From Epiperipatus broadwayi (taxonomy: Eukaryota > Animalia > Onychophora), in contig JAQFVV010000001.1 in the NCBI GenBank assembly GCA_028023455.1, positions 1,302,001 to 1,366,000 of the forward strand: a stretch of DNA of 64,000 nucleotides, written 5' to 3'. Shown here one piece after another: positions 13,038 to 27,830 of the stretch. Under the pieces are notes generated by a model, which did no database searches, had not been told where the DNA came from, and saw only the letters and a list, made by a program, of their open reading frames with translations. Position numbers and translations under genes: made by a program. Within the stretch, counting starts at the first letter, position 1. Every line of letters starts with the position of its first letter.

Positions 13038-13429
13038 ATTAAAGTTTGAGGAATTGCAATCTTAATATAAACTGAGCATTGATTGTATATATGTGTGGGA
13101 GATTATGATCTGACAGTGCTGATTTTTCATGAAATATACACATTGGGGATCATGTCTTTTTTTACATGTGTGTGTGGTTGATTAAGTGGACAAATAGACT
13201 AAAAAATCTTGAGTTCAAATATGCTAATAAGAATATACTAACAAATGTATAAGCTGATTTCAAAAAATATTGATAAGATAGGCATTTTTGCTGATGTACA
13301 TTGCATAATTAGGCCAGGAAATAGCAGAAAGAAGTCATATTTGCTTAACAGAAAAAGTTATAAAATAAAAATCAGTCTGTTGATAAGACCATGTGATATT
13401 TGAACACTAAACTAATGAATTGAACATAA

Positions 13430-14170
13430 AACTTTTCATCAGCTGAAAATCCATGAGTTGTTAACTCTTGAGTCTGCCACTCATCACCACACTAATCCAC
13501 ATGTTTCGGATTTATTGAATCTATGTGATTAGAAGTTATGATTAAAACAAGCTGCAGTGAAAAAGATTGACTTTATATTGGCAAAGGAGTTAATCAAATT
13601 TGCATATTGGTACTCTAAGCCTCAACTTTTGTGATAAATATATATGAAATAAGGCCAGATTACATAAAGACAACATTGAATTTTGGACTACTGTGTTGAA
13701 CTTATTGATATCATACTAACAGCTGAAGACAACATTTATGTGGAAACTGATGACGAAGACCTAGAGATCTTCGACAGTTTTTGCCTCCTGGGATCAGTTA
13801 ATAAATAATCAACAACTAAAACATTCACCAGATTATTTTAGATAAAAATATTTTTAAAAATGTAAATGAAAATTGATCAAGCAAGAGTGTTTCTATGATT
13901 ATGTATATGAAAGTTGGACACTGAAAAGAATAAGGAAATCATAAACAGATGAATTTTGAAACTATCAATAGTAGCAAAGAAAATGAAGTGGTTACTTGTT
14001 TAGACCTGAACTTTGAGTTGAAGTACAAATAATCAGGTTGAAATTGTTTCATTTTGTATATATAAAATTGTCTATTTTATTAGAAAAGTATGTTTGGAAA
14101 GACATGGTAAAAAAGAGATGAGGAATGAGATAGACAGACTCATCATAATAATTAGTACTTGAGCATTCTG
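13430..14170 (+). mobile_element. Decayed RTE (BovB-like) LINE remnant
   Basis: DDEDLEIFDSFCLLGS at 13749-13796 and YESWTLK at ~13905-13925 match typical RTE ORF motifs. Confidence 0.7.
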
Positions 14171-15255
14171 AAAAACAGATAGTAGATCATGTTGGAAAAA
14201 ATGTTACTTATATGATTGCTAATGTATCATTTTAAAATTATCTGATAAAAAAAAATTAGAAAAAATGACTTTCTTTATATTGTCATGAGATACTTTGTCA
14301 ACAATTTGAGCTTATCAGTTATGTCAGTACGTTCAGGTAAAAAATAAATTTTAGTATAAGACAATGTATTTAAAAAGAAAATAAAAAGCTAGATAGCCTT
14401 AAAGAAAAAAGGTTTTCTTAATGTAACAATATACATCTTAATTCTGATAAAGAATACAAATTATTTGGGGCAAATTAAATTCAAACACTTTCTAATAAAA
14501 TAAGGTAGCAAATTTTACTGATATTACATCAGTTTTCTGGGTTTTGATATGCTTTAACCATTGTAACTGAAATAAAATGTTAAAAGCATATTTGGAAAAA
14601 AAATTTCAATCTATCTTGCAGATGCTTATTAATAATAAAAATCCAAATGGAGTTCGATATTGTTATTTTCATAATTTTTTTAAAGTTTCAAAGTGGAATC
14701 TGCATATTTTTGGTAAGATTGATGCTGTTATACGTTTTTGAATCATCTGTTATGATTTACTATGATCAAGAATTTCTTAATATCAAGTTTTTATTTTTTT
14801 TTGTCTTTATTGCTTTGGCATTGGTATGATTGATTTGCAGATGATTTTTGGCATATCATAAGCATTTTCCCTCAGAAAAGAATTATTTTGGCACAGCAAC
14901 TGTTGTCTTCGCATGGGAATGTGATAATGCAAGTAGCTAATTAAATTTATTATCGCAAAACCATTTTTAATTTAATCTAATTTTTAATTATTTTGTACTT
15001 GGCATTAAAACAAGACTTTAATGCTCTGATTTGTAGCAGAAATATTAGAATTTGACCTACAAAGGTTTTTAAATTGAAGTTCAATATTTCATGAAATAAA
15101 AACTTGTTAAGAAATATGAGCTGTTGTTTTTGTGTAAACTAATTATATATATATAATTTTAAAAATATAATATAAATTGCTTTAATTATTTTTTTATACT
15201 TGCAATATTTCCATATTTTTTTAAAATGTGAATAAATGCAAAAATATAATTTCAG

Positions 15256-15479
15256 CAAAGGAACAGGCCTAAATCTGGATATATGAGAAAGCAACCTGAC
15301 ATCACTAGTAACATGAGAAGTATTTTAGTTGATTGGTTGGTAGAGGTAGCAGAAGAATATAAGCTGCAAACAGAAACACTTTATTTAACAGTATCTTATA
15401 TTGATAGATTTTTATCAGTTATGTCAGTATACCGGGGAAAATTACAGTTAGTGGGTACAGCCAGTATGTTTCTTGCATC
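15256..15479 (+). CDS. CycA: Cyclin A exon (start of cyclin box), 224 nt, phase 0 to 2
   Basis: TTCAG acceptor and GTAAGT donor. Translates [75 protein letters not shown] (MRAIL-type cyclin A motif). Confidence 0.97.
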
Positions 15480-16400
15480 GTAAGTATTATTAAAACATCT
15501 TTTTTATAGTATAAATTTAAATACATTTTATTTACTACAACTTTAAAACTGACCTTGTATAAAAGTTGGAACATGTATTTTTAATTTGGTTTATAAATAT
15601 TCTATTTTTCTTACTTTTTTTTTTTAAAGAAAAATTGGAAAATTTGAACAATTTTTTGATAAGTAAATGGACCATTCCATTTAATAAGTAATGTCAAAGT
15701 AAACATTTTTGCTATGCGTTACTTGTTAAATCCAGTCATCTTCATTAATGTTGAGAATCAGGAAATGCCAGATTTTTTTACCATATAATTGCTTGCTGTC
15801 ATTTGAAAAATGCTTTCTCTGGTAAATTAGAAATGTGGTCATTGTATTTTATATTACTAGAATTAAATTCATTTTTTCCTATTATTAGAGAATTACAGAT
15901 GATATAAGAAAATAGAGCTGGAAGAAAATAAAAACCTTAAAAATCTGAAATATTCTGATAGCGAAAGGAAATTAATTTTATTTCTACTATAAGATTATAA
16001 GTAAAGCTGATATCATATGAAAAGATGTGTTTTAAATGCAGAGGTAATACATACAATTAAATCTATGAAGAATGGAAAAGCTGGAAATGATGTTGTGTAT
16101 ATATATGTGTAATCTGATAATTAAATATTAGTAAATATGGCAATCAAAAATTTTTTTGAAAATTAACACAAAAAAAAGATGAATTGATGTCAATATGTGA
16201 AAATAGGCATTGTTTACAAGTTTATTGAAATGATTCTTCAGTAATTGATTTATGAATTATAATAACTGCTTGAGATTTGGTTGATCCATTAATAAGTTTA
16301 TGAAGTAGAAGAATGCAAAATAGTATAGGTATCTAAGAAAAGTAAAAATAAGATATAAATTACAACCATGCCAATCTTATCGATTTTCGGTACTTTGGTA

Positions 16401-16662
16401 TTAGAGCTGCAACACGAAGCGTGTATTAGACCTACTGCGCCTGTTCATATTCATATCAATCCACTGATAACTTTGTATTCTTGGGATCTGACCAAAATAA
16501 TGTGTGCATGAATCTTGTACACTACTTTTTTGGCAAAAAAAAAAGTGTGCACACGGATCTTGTAGATGATATTTTAGCAAGTTTTACAAAGTTATCGGGG
16601 GTTTGATACGAATGTGAAAAGGGCGCAGTAGGTCTAATAAATGCTCCATTTTGCAGGACTAA
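16401..16662. mobile_element. Small MITE with long imperfect terminal inverted repeats
   Basis: TATTAGACCTACTGCGCC...CTGATAACTTTGTA is inverted relative to TACAAAGTTATCGG...GGCGCAGTAGGTCTAATA. The TTA/TAA ends are compatible with a PIF/Harbinger-type site, but this is not established. Confidence 0.75.
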
Positions 16663-16771
16663 AAATAACTAAAAATAAAAACATATTTATGATTTTCAAT
16701 AAGAAACGTATGATTTTGAACTAGACAGTCAAATATGTACGACTTGGACACTAAGATCGACATTTGAAATC

Positions 16772-17085
16772 AAAAAAAAAACATGTGACTTGCAATCTTA
16801 ATGAAATGATGTCTTTACACAAAAAAATTGTTAGGTTAAAAAATATGCACTAAACAAGCCGTAAATGATTTTGGTTTTTAAATAATATTTAAAGACATTA
16901 ACAATATGTACAACTTTCACACTAACAACTTTTAAGAATGACATTTCCAATCAAAAAAAAACAAAGGTGATTTGCGATCTTAATGAAATGACGCCATTAC
17001 ACAAAAAAATTGTTAATAAACAATTAGCACTAAACAAACAGTAAATGATTTTGGTTTTTAAATAACATAAAAACACATTAAGTAT
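16772..17085. repeat. Imperfect direct duplication, period about 180 bp
   Basis: GCAATCTTAATGAAATGA...CACAAAAAAATTGTTA...GTAAATGATTTTGGTTTTTAAATAA occurs twice. Confidence 0.75.
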
Positions 17086-20000
17086 ACTTGTATGATACTT
17101 ACTGTGTAATATATAACAGAAATTGTCATCTTGAAACAAAACATTTCACATTAATATTATTACAGAAAATGGAATCTCTCTTGAAAATTTTGCTAATAAA
17201 TGTACTTTTTTTAATAAGCAAATTGAACCAAATAGAAACAAAACTGAAAATATACAAGTGTATATGAATCGGAATAGCTAATGTCAGAAAGAAATCTGGA
17301 CAATAACTGAAAATGTCCAAGTATTACACACAAAAAAAAGATCGCGTTGATAAAGAAAAACATGGTTTGTTATGTATACTCAGAGAGATTATTTCCTTTC
17401 AATTTGATGTCATTGTGACGTTACACATTTATTGTGGGTGTGAAAAGGCCTCCTGTTTCCCCTATGTTGTAGTTCTAATACTAAAGTACCCGATTTTCTA
17501 TGAAATATTGATCGAGAACATTCAGAAATCTGTTTTCCATTAAATATTAAAATCAGGCATGAAAGAAATTGTAAGCTGAATATAAAAATGATGGAGCATG
17601 TGTTACATTCTCTTTTTGAATGTTAATTGAATGTCAGTTGTATGCAATTATCAGTTGGTATTACGTTAACATTAATAATGTGCCATTACTTGTCACTCTC
17701 AGAACATAATTTATTCTAGTTTCCTAAATTTAGAATTGTCCTCATAAATTAATTAATAAAGTTGCATTGGATTCACAGATTGTAGAATATTTATCAAAAT
17801 ACAGTATCAGTGATTATTTTCCATGGTGTTATTTAGAAGATTATCATTTTAAACAATATATAGAATGGTGATTCCATTTCTTTTAAATTTTACAACAGTT
17901 TTATAGTGTTGATTAAAATAATATATACAAAAGAAATAAAAATAAACGGAGGTTATTTAAATCAATTTTTGCAAATGATATGATTGTTATGAACAATACT
18001 TAAGAGTTGTAAAGATCAAAGTAATAAAATAGAATGAATGTTGATTACTAAAAAAAACTAATGATCAGTGACTTCTAAAAAGAAATATTTGAAGATTGAT
18101 AATTAATTAAAAATTAACATCTCTATTAATACAAATATAATAGATAAGATTAATTATCAAATTTAACTTGGATGGAATAGAAATAATTTAATATCAAAAG
18201 TGAAATACATGAGTGATAGTACAAAGAAGTATGACTGATATCAAAAGAAGAGACAGATAAATTCTAAACTGGATACTAATTGATAAGTAATCTAGAAAGC
18301 AACCATGTGAGAATGGATGGATGAAGGAAAATGTGCTGAATTAATATGGAAAAGTTATTAATCAGAAAAACGAGTAATCTCAGGGATCTTCATCCTACAA
18401 TGGATTGGTAATGGCTAAAATAATGATAAAATATTGCTTTTTTTGACTTTATATATACTGTTGTCATTGAATCCAGTATGAGATCAAGCATTTTCATTTC
18501 ATCAATTTGATCTTGAATTCTAAAATTTGAATATATAGTAGTAAATATCAATTATATTCTTTAAAAGTTTTATAACAATGTTTATAGAATTATTACAATA
18601 CAAAACAATACCCACACACACACACAAAAAAAACAATTATATATTTAAGGATTGATTTTGAATATTGATATTTAATGTTTGCATTGGTTTTTTTTTTATG
18701 TTCATAATCAAACATAAAATAAAAATTTATAAACTTCATATATAATTTGTTTTCACATTGTTTTCCTCATTCTACACTATCTTTTCCAATTATCATCCTA
18801 ATTTCTTTCTCTAAGTACATACGCAATTCATTTATTTTTTCAAGAAATCCTTTTCATTTTAATTGTATCTTTCCAAAATCTCTTCAGTCTTTTCACTTTA
18901 TTGTCCAAGTCTATTTCATACAAAGATCTGTTCAAAAAAATTATAACCAATCATTTTTATTTATCTTTTTTGCAATGCTCATTTTTATTTTATTATCATA
19001 TCTTTAAACAAGGGTTAATTAACTTGCAAATATGTAAAAGAATTAATTTGTTTCATAATTTTCTGTCAAATCATCACCTTAATCCTCCAATTGTTTTTGT
19101 TGCTTTTATTTTGTTTGTATTTATGTTTATTTTTGTTTTAAACTTTCTATAAATTTTGCATTAATCCTATTTTATGGCTTAAGTTTATGCTATTAGTTGT
19201 GTGCTACATCTGCAAATATGGAATATTTAAATCTTATTCCCCCAATGCTAATTTCTTTTATCTAATCAACACTTATTTAGTAACTCGTACGTAAATATTC
19301 ATCTCTTAAGAAATTGACCATTTAATTTTAATTATGTTTATAGAAATATAGTAAATGATTTGTGACTGTTCAGTATTTTATATGTTACTGTAATCATGCG
19401 GTTTTTAATGAGTCTTAATGGAAAAAGAAATGCAAGAATTATTTTTTGATTGCTATTGTTCGTACAATTTAGGTATAATTTTTAACATCATGTTTTATGT
19501 ATATATACATATATGCCCACAATATATAAACCTGAATGCATATTTAATTGTAGGAATAATAAAAAATTTAAAATTGTAACATATAAGTTTACAAATAAAA
19601 TTTTTAATCTTAATACTTTATTATACAGCTGTTCTGAATCAATATTTGATTTTTAAATAAATAAAAAATTGAGAATTATATTGGAACTTTGTCTCTTGCC
19701 AGAAGTACAAATCGGTATTTTGGCTATATCGTGATACAGTTTAATTCATTAGAAAAGTATAATACTCATAAAGAGTCAATTAAAAAAAAAAATAGAAATG
19801 AGGTGGATGGATTCTATCATTAGTAATGAATGATTCTTTAAGGTATCTGGTAAACCAAGTAGGAAACAATTATTCGAGAGACCTACTTTTATTATCAGAA
19901 AGCCGTAACAGCATACAGCACCTAATGATAATTCTGACATTTTCAAATTTAGTACTATCATTACAACTAGGTTTAATTACTAACAATAATTAATTATTAT

Positions 20001-20087
20001 ATTTATAACAATTTATTTTATCCTGTTTTAAAGTTTTTTACATAATCTAATATTTTAAGAATTTTGTAAAATATTTAATATTTTCAG

Positions 20088-20163
20088 TAAATTTGAAGAA
20101 ATTTATCCACCTGAAGTCGGTGAATTTGTATATATTACTGATGATACATATACAAAAAAGCAA
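20088..20163 (+). CDS. CycA: Cyclin A exon, 76 nt
   Basis: TTTTCAG acceptor and GTAAGT donor. Completes the Ser codon, then [25 protein letters not shown]. Confidence 0.97.
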
Positions 20164-22211
20164 GTAAGTTGGTATTAAAATGTTGATTACTTTATAAAAT
20201 AATTATTAATTTCTTTTCAACATTCAGAATTATTTTAGTTTGCTAATTGTTTTAAAGTAATGTGTAAAACAATAGCTTTCTAATGTAAACATAATGTTAA
20301 TTATATTGCTTTTAAAGGAATATTATTATCATATGAAAATACTAGGCTTATTTTTTTCCAAGATTTTTTGTCTCCATCAGTTTATATATATATTCGCTGA
20401 AGAAAATTGCGGGGCGGGGGGGAGCCAAGTTTCAACAAAAAAAAAAGCCTGGATTACCAAACTTTAGCCAAAATTAAATTTGTGTTTCTTTTACTACTTT
20501 TTACTTTGTTTTGTTTTTTCCTTTATCTATTCATTTCTTTTAGGGGTATAAAGGAGTGGGGTACAGTTCGAAAACCGAACGCGACAAATAAGTCCAGGAT
20601 CCCAGCCGCGTTGCCCATACTTAAAGCTCCGAATAAATATTTGTCCGGTCTTTTATCGTGCTTTTTGTCAATTGATTATAAACATCTCTAAACAAATTTA
20701 TGTTTTTTAGGGATCTCAGTTGCTGAAAAAAATATCTCCCTATTTAATCTGCCCCCGCGAAAGAAGAAAGCCAGAAGAACAAAAAAACCCGAAAGCCTAT
20801 TCCTCCGCAAGGGTAATCCAGTCCCTTCTACTACTACATCAATAATCCATCCTGATCAACGCATAAATAACCTAGATTCCTCCCCTAATAATTTATACCC
20901 TCCCGCTAGTTTACTTTTTATAATTAATTTAGGAAACCAAAAATCATAATAAAACAAAAGAACAAAAAATAAATAAAGGAAAGATTTTACAAAATAAATA
21001 CATAAAATTATAACTAATTATAAAAGTATCGGCAGATAGAATAATATTGCATTTTTAAATCTGGAAAGTTTTATTTACTGTTCTAAATTTTAAGTTTTGG
21101 TTTTAATGGTTCTCTTCATATATTCTTGCGTTTGAGGTTCCAGTGGTCCTGGCTTATTTATCCTCGAGTTTTTTAGTGAGTTGGCCTCAATGTAGAAGAT
21201 CTCATTTTTTTTTTTTAGCAGAACTGAAGGGATTGAGCTTCTCTTTTTAATCCCTCAGCACTAACCCTAGTGTTACATCGTAATAATATAAAATAGTCAC
21301 TGATTAATAATTTCCAAATTTTCCTTTTATATTAATGTGAAGGATTGAATTTAATACGTCGTGCGATGTTTTCTGGTCTCCATAGGGTTTCTTCTTATTT
21401 GCTACAGTTTCTATTGTTTTTTATCTGACGGTGTTTTTCATTTAAATGAAGGCTGGTTTAATTTAACTAATTAAATATTTCCATTTCTGATTAATTAACC
21501 TGTTTTCCAAATCAAAAATATATTTAAAGATAAATTTAAAGATATAATTTCATCTCCAAATCTTTTTAAAATTTAGTTTTAAAATACTTTTTCTTTAATA
21601 AAGTTTTATTTTAATAATTTTTCATTATCTGTGCGATTTAATTAATATATAAGAGTTTAAGATGATATTTAATTTCAATTTTTAATTCTTAAAGAAAATT
21701 TAAAAAATTTTTTTTTTTTTGAATTTACTTTCATGTCTTAATAACGTCTATGCTCGTTACAGTATATTATTAGTTATATATGTACTACATTTTGTCTGTG
21801 CTTAGTCTTAACTTCCCAATTTGTAAATTTCTGTAAATATTATTATATTATATTTTTATTTTGCACAGCTATGATTATGAAGCCATAGAGCTTTGAAAGC
21901 GCTAAGCTTTAAATAAATTTAATAACATAATTTCTTTAACGAGCGTTATAAGCGCATAAGTATTAATATTATATATTTTATACAGTAGTAAAAAAATAAT
22001 GGTATTCCATTTGAACATAATCTGCCTAACTAATCAAATTTGCAATTTAGATAAATCCAATTATATTTCTTTATGTGAAGTTAATGCTGTTATGGCTAAA
22101 GTCCTGAGCATTTGTTGCGTAGAAAAAGTAATTTTTTTGGTGAACAAAAGTCGTCTGTCTGCCCCCCCCCCCCAAGAAATATAAAAGTAAAAAAGCCTGG
22201 TGAAATCCTAG

Positions 22212-24280
22212 ATGGCTCTGCTATATTTCATCACGTTTATAAAAAATGAACTGAATGAGGCAGGGAAGAAATTGAAAAGTGGAAAGGCAAGAGATTGTAG
22301 ATGGATGGACCGTGGAGATGTAAAATTAAACCTTTTATCATGTTTTAATAAGATGGCGCAGAAGAGAGATTTTCTGGGTAGTTGGAGTATTACAAGAGTA
22401 AGGCTACTATTTAAAGGAAAGGGTAAGAATCGTAGAAAGTCGAGTAATTATGGTCCGACAACGGTAACATTAGTGTTATATAAAGTTTTTGCATATATAG
22501 AGGCTGGAAGGGTCGCAAAATGGATGGAAGAAAATAGTATAATGGAAGAAATGCAAGGAGATTTTTAATAGAATGGGAATATAGGAGATAGTTTTTTTTG
22601 TAGTCACACAATTTATGGATACGAATATAAATACAGGTAGACAGTTATATATGGTTTTTATAGATATAGAGAAGGCATATGGTAGAGTAAATAGAAATAG
22701 ATTATGAGTAAGCTTAGTAAATTTGAGAATGCATGGAGCTTTAGTGGATTTTATTAAGAGATTGTATGAAAATAAATATTATACATATCATTTTGGGAAT
22801 ATAGAATCATTTAGGGATGGGACTAAGGCAAGAATGGCCTATGTCACCTATTTTGTTTTTGTTATATTTGAGAGAAATGGAGAGAGCAATAGAAAGACTA
22901 AGAAGAGGAATAGAGGTACCGTTAATAGGTAGTAAGGGAGTATATACATTATCGGGTCTTTTATTTGCGCATGATGTCTTCTTGTGCACAGAAAGAAGTT
23001 AAGATATGGAAGTTATGCTGAGGACATGTGCAAGGGTGGATAAAGAGATGGGGATTAAATTTAATGAAGGAGTATCAAAAATAACGATTAATACAAGGGA
23101 AAGAGAAGGCAAAGAATTTTTATTGGGAGATATGAAGTTAAGTGTGGTGAATAGGTATATCTATTTGGAAATCGTCTTAAATAATCAGAGAAATTGCTGG
23201 GAGAAAAAATTGATAAATGAAGCAAAGAAAAGAAAAGAGTGATAAACTAATGAAGTGTTTTCATATAATAAATATGATGTAGCTAGAATTGTATGGAAGG
23301 GAGTGGCAATAGCAGGGTTAACGTATGGTAATGATGTGTTATGTGTTAGTAAAGGGGTGTTAGATTACTTAGAAAAAGTACAAGACATGCATTAGATGCA
23401 AATGTGGGCATGGTAAAGTAGGCAATTCAAGGAGAGATGGGATGATCAAGTTTTTATATGAAAGATGCAAAAAGCAAAATGAAAATGTTTGGTAGATTGC
23501 AATTTATGGATAATAAGAGAATAGACAAAATAGTATTTAATTGGGTTATGAGTAAAGGGCAGGCACAAGATGGATGAAAAAGGTTAGTACAGTATGCAGA
23601 AGATTTGGATAAAGAATTTATGTCAGTATACTTATATAAAAGATAGGGATGATTGTGTTAGAATTGTTGAGTGTTATAGTGGCAATGGATGGGATAGAAG
23701 TATAGATGCATTAATAAAGAATAGGGAGTTGGAAAGATAGAAAACTAGTATGGAGAGTAGAAAGAGTTTAAATATATATAGAAATAAACAATATTGGGTG
23801 CGAGTTAATATGATAATAGCAAAGAAAGTAGTTTACTGTTTAAGGCTCGAACAGGATCTTTAGCAACAAGGGAATATTCACATAAATGGATGTGGCTGAT
23901 TTAGCATGCAAGTTGTGAAAGATAGGCATAGAAAATATTAGGCATCTATTAATTAAATGTAAATGCCTGCAAGCAGAAAGGGTACAAATAATGAAATTGT
24001 GGAAGAATAAATATAAACAAAGTGATTATACATAAATTGGGTTCTTGGTTTTTATGCTGGGTGTGGAAAAAGATAAGAGAGATTTAGATATAAAGGCCAT
24101 GGAGTTGACAAAGATTATGTTGTGGAAATGGGATGAGCAGGATAGAGAAGAATATGGGTAAAATTTAGGGCAGGAATGGAAAAGAAAGGTAAAGTGGTAA
24201 TAGGTTTCTCTGGGCATAGTGGCTTAGAGATTTGTAACTCCAAATAAGGAGAAATCACAATGTATTGCATCGCTTATCTG
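22212..24280 (+). mobile_element. 5'-truncated, decayed LINE (clade not assigned)
   Basis: KKLKSGKA, GLRQEWPMSPILF and LLFAHD (RT motifs), plus C-terminal Cys/His remnants. Same family as the copies at 59330-64000. Confidence 0.9.
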
Positions 24281-26479
24281 TATGAAGTTCAATAAACTTT
24301 TATCTATAACAACAACTTTAACAATACAACATATTAATTTAAGAAATTTCTTTGAAAATAACTAATTTAAAATTGAAGATCTTGGTAAATCGAGTGCTCT
24401 GTTTTTTAAATGATTTTAAATTAAGTTTATGATACACAAAATAATTATTGCAAGAAATTTTTTTTTTTTTTGAGTAATCAGAATATTTTTGCCTATAATC
24501 CATTAATTAATAAATAAATATTTTTAATATAACGCAATAGGTAGAAGAAAGTTTGATTTGATGTATATTTTTATTTAGTGGTTTTTAATCAATTATAACT
24601 GATAATTATTTCACTTGCAAAAAAAAAAAAATGATAAAGAAATTACTTTCTATTATAGGCTATGAACCAGATTTTTGGTTATTTGTGGTTGCAGGGAGTA
24701 AATGATTGAAATTAATTAATTAATAAGTATCTTAAGATCACACAAATTTTTTTAATGCATCAAAAGAAAATAATCTATTTGCAAATCATATCTATTTGAA
24801 ACTTAGTATAGTGAGGATAATAATTTAATTAGTTTATGTTGTTAAAATAATTAACTAAGAGGTGATAGTATTTCGCCAATTAAATATATGCCTATAAAAA
24901 TGCAGTGAGTTCAAATTTTGTAAGAATTTGTAATATCTTTTTACTCACATAATTTATGTTTCATATTTATGTGCCCAGAATTAGAACTGATAAGTAATAT
25001 TTATTATTAAGAAATTGATTTCATACATTTAAGATGTCTATATATTTGTTTTTATAGTTCTTTTCATATTATTACATATCTGGAGACTCTGCATTATAGT
25101 TCATCATTGTCCTGCTATAAATAACCTGATTGGTTTAGTGCAATGGAAGAAAAGCAGACTGGAACTTAAGACGTGTGGATTGTGGCTTCAATTTGATATC
25201 ACTTCTGATGCTCAAACTTATGAATTCCTGAGCAGTAAATCATTCAGCTATTTTATTTTAATGTTCTGTTTTAAAATACTAATAAAGTTTTGTGACAATA
25301 GACCATCTAAATTAAAATTAATATTTGAAGAATATTACAACAGCATCTTTTATCAATAAACTGTAATATAAAAAGTTTATCTTCTATTTCAGATTACAAG
25401 TAAAGATAATTTTTTTTTTTTAAGTAGAAAAATTAATCGTATATACTCTAAATAAATTAATCCTTCAACTTTAACTCGATACATCAATGTTTTTTTTTTT
25501 ATCTTTTATTCATATTGAATTTAGAGTTTGATTGTTAAAATATATAATCTACAAAGTTCTTATTCCAAATTCTTGTACTGTAAAGGATATAGCATTTGTG
25601 CATTATATAATAGGATGTTGCTTATTAGAAATTTGGAATGCATCAATAAAGAAATTGATCAATTAGCAATTTTCATTTAATTACCTTAGTTTTTGGGGGG
25701 ATAATTTCCAATTACTCAACCAATTATTAATTTCCATATTTTGTTTTAAATTATATGATTATTGCGTTCGTAATATGTATTTATTGTGATGAAGTACTTG
25801 AGTTCTGAGTAGGAAGCAATTGTATGAGACTACAGCGATATCTAAATCAAAATTGGATTTGTAATTAATAACAATTTAGATTTAGGAAAGTAAAAGTATT
25901 TATTTAATGTTTTGCATTGTAGATAAAATTCACAAAAATGTGATATTTTATTATTGTTTATAAAACAACTAAAATTCATATTGTCAGCCTTCATTCACAT
26001 TTCATTGAAATGGAATTCATTTAGGCTTTAGCATTATGAAAATAAAAAAATATGATTTATCTGATGAAGAATGTAAAATCTAGGGCAGACAGACATTTTG
26101 GCATAAAACCCACTTTCTATTATTTTTGTTCGTGATTATGACAGTATTTATTTTTTTTTAAAAAAAAATCTGAAAAAAAAAAAATTAATATTTTAGCTAA
26201 TCTATTATCTATTGATAATTAAACTTAGATAATAAATTATCCTATGTTTAATTTAACAATAAAACAATTAGTAATTAAGATTTTTTATTTGGATTATTTC
26301 CAATTCAGTTTTTTAAAAAAAGCTAAATTATACAGAATTCATTTAAAAGAAAATATGAGTAGCTTCAGGTACTGTTTGAAATTTTTTTTATGGTGACCCC
26401 AAAAGTAAAATTATTTCACTTAGTTTATTTGATGTTATAATGTTAATGAGATAGGAGGGGGCTAAAATTCTTAAATATA

Positions 26480-27830
26480 TGACTAATCATATTATGAAAT
26501 TCCTTTACCAAGAAGTAGCAAAAAAACTCAACAAAATCCGATATCTCAAAAAGAACTTGTTAATTGGCTGGTGTACAGAAACAAGCAATAGTATCTTCCG
26601 ATAAAGTTGGAAAATGTACTATCGAAGATAAAGTTTTGCATTATTAATGATCTTAGGGCTGAAGAAATTCATTAAATATTTAAATAATAGCTGTTGAATT
26701 GCAACTATATCTTCGGTGTTTGGTATTAAATTTTAAAAATTCTTGAAGAAATCTCACAATTGGTATACTCAAGCAGAAATATTTTACTAAAAATATTTAT
26801 AATTCGAAAAATCAAAGCCAAAAGTAATGTATTTGACTATTTAGTAAAAAAAAAAAAATTTTTTTTTAAATGTATATATGTGGCTATTGACTTCCAAATA
26901 AATTTTCAAAAACATAGAGTTGTCTTAAGATTTGTTTCTTTTAGTATCTCACACAGAATCTGGAAACAGTCAAGCAATGTTCTTGGAAGATTATATGCTG
27001 ACAGAAAATATCGTAACAAATTACTGTGTTTTTGATTTACATTTTTGCCTTATGGATACATTCTAACTTTCATTAAATGAAACCATATTTGCTACAGATT
27101 GAAGAATATTAGTAGAAATTCTAAAAAACATAGTTAATACATTGATAGAAGTACAGAATAAATTAATTCACAAAGACTATTAATACAAGATGTGACCACA
27201 TTACATGTTGGAAAAACTGAAAATGATTAAAACAACTACATGTTTTGGCTGATAATATTCATATATTTATACGAATGCAATTGGATAATAATATTCATAC
27301 ATTAAATTTATATCAGTGCAATCTTGTTGAAAAAATAATTCATCTTTTAAAAAGCATTTGAAGAAATTAGTAAGAAATCCAATAAGAGGCTTCCATCTTT
27401 TCACTGGTCATTCTCCGCAATTCAGTCTCCAGTTGATAAAAGGTATTTTTACTTAATTGGAAAACAAATTTTTGTATCTGTTTCATAGATTCAAGATGAA
27501 ATTTCAGAAATTTGTTATGAAACCAGAATACAGAAATAAGTATTAGAAGCTATGGATCATCATAAGTTTAAATTCAGAAAAGTTGTTATCATCATTCATT
27601 TCTGAAGAAAATCAAGAATTTTCAAATGCATCTAGTTTTTTAGAAATGATTGGTGAATTAATTTCTGTTCAAAGAAAATTAAATCAATAATATCAAAAGA
27701 AAGGAATACTAAAAAGGAAAAAAAAATGCTTTAATTACTCTTGTACAAAAGAAATGTTGAGTTTACCATTCCTACCAGATGAATGTTATATGATTTTATT
27801 AATCATATAAATATCTGTAAATTGCAGCAA
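26480..27830 (+). mobile_element. Decayed pogo/Tigger-like transposase remnant
   Basis: QNPISQKELVNWL (CENP-B-like HTH start, ~26532), an NET-like patch at ~27077 and a CAGTTGATAAAAGG (QPLDxG-like) patch at ~27430. Confidence 0.55.

Larger units (their letters stand above)
11986..13222. mobile_element. Second, older fold-back HH-C insertion, with an HH-B element nested in its right arm
   Basis: The left arm 11986-~12290 and the right arm ~12340-12454 plus 13038-13222 are diverged reverse complements with HH-C similarity. Confidence 0.82.
15890..18420 (+). mobile_element. Very decayed LINE remnant interrupted by later insertions at ~16370-17550
   Basis: EVIHTIKSMKNGKAGND at 16041-16091 resembles the pre-RT KxGKAxGxD motif. 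An RTE-like 3' patch lies near 18290-18400. Confidence 0.4.

Noticed and set aside
13723-13750. CTGAAGA...GGAAAC hammerhead-like spacing
   Set aside because: Stems do not pair convincingly, and it lies within the RTE coding remnant.
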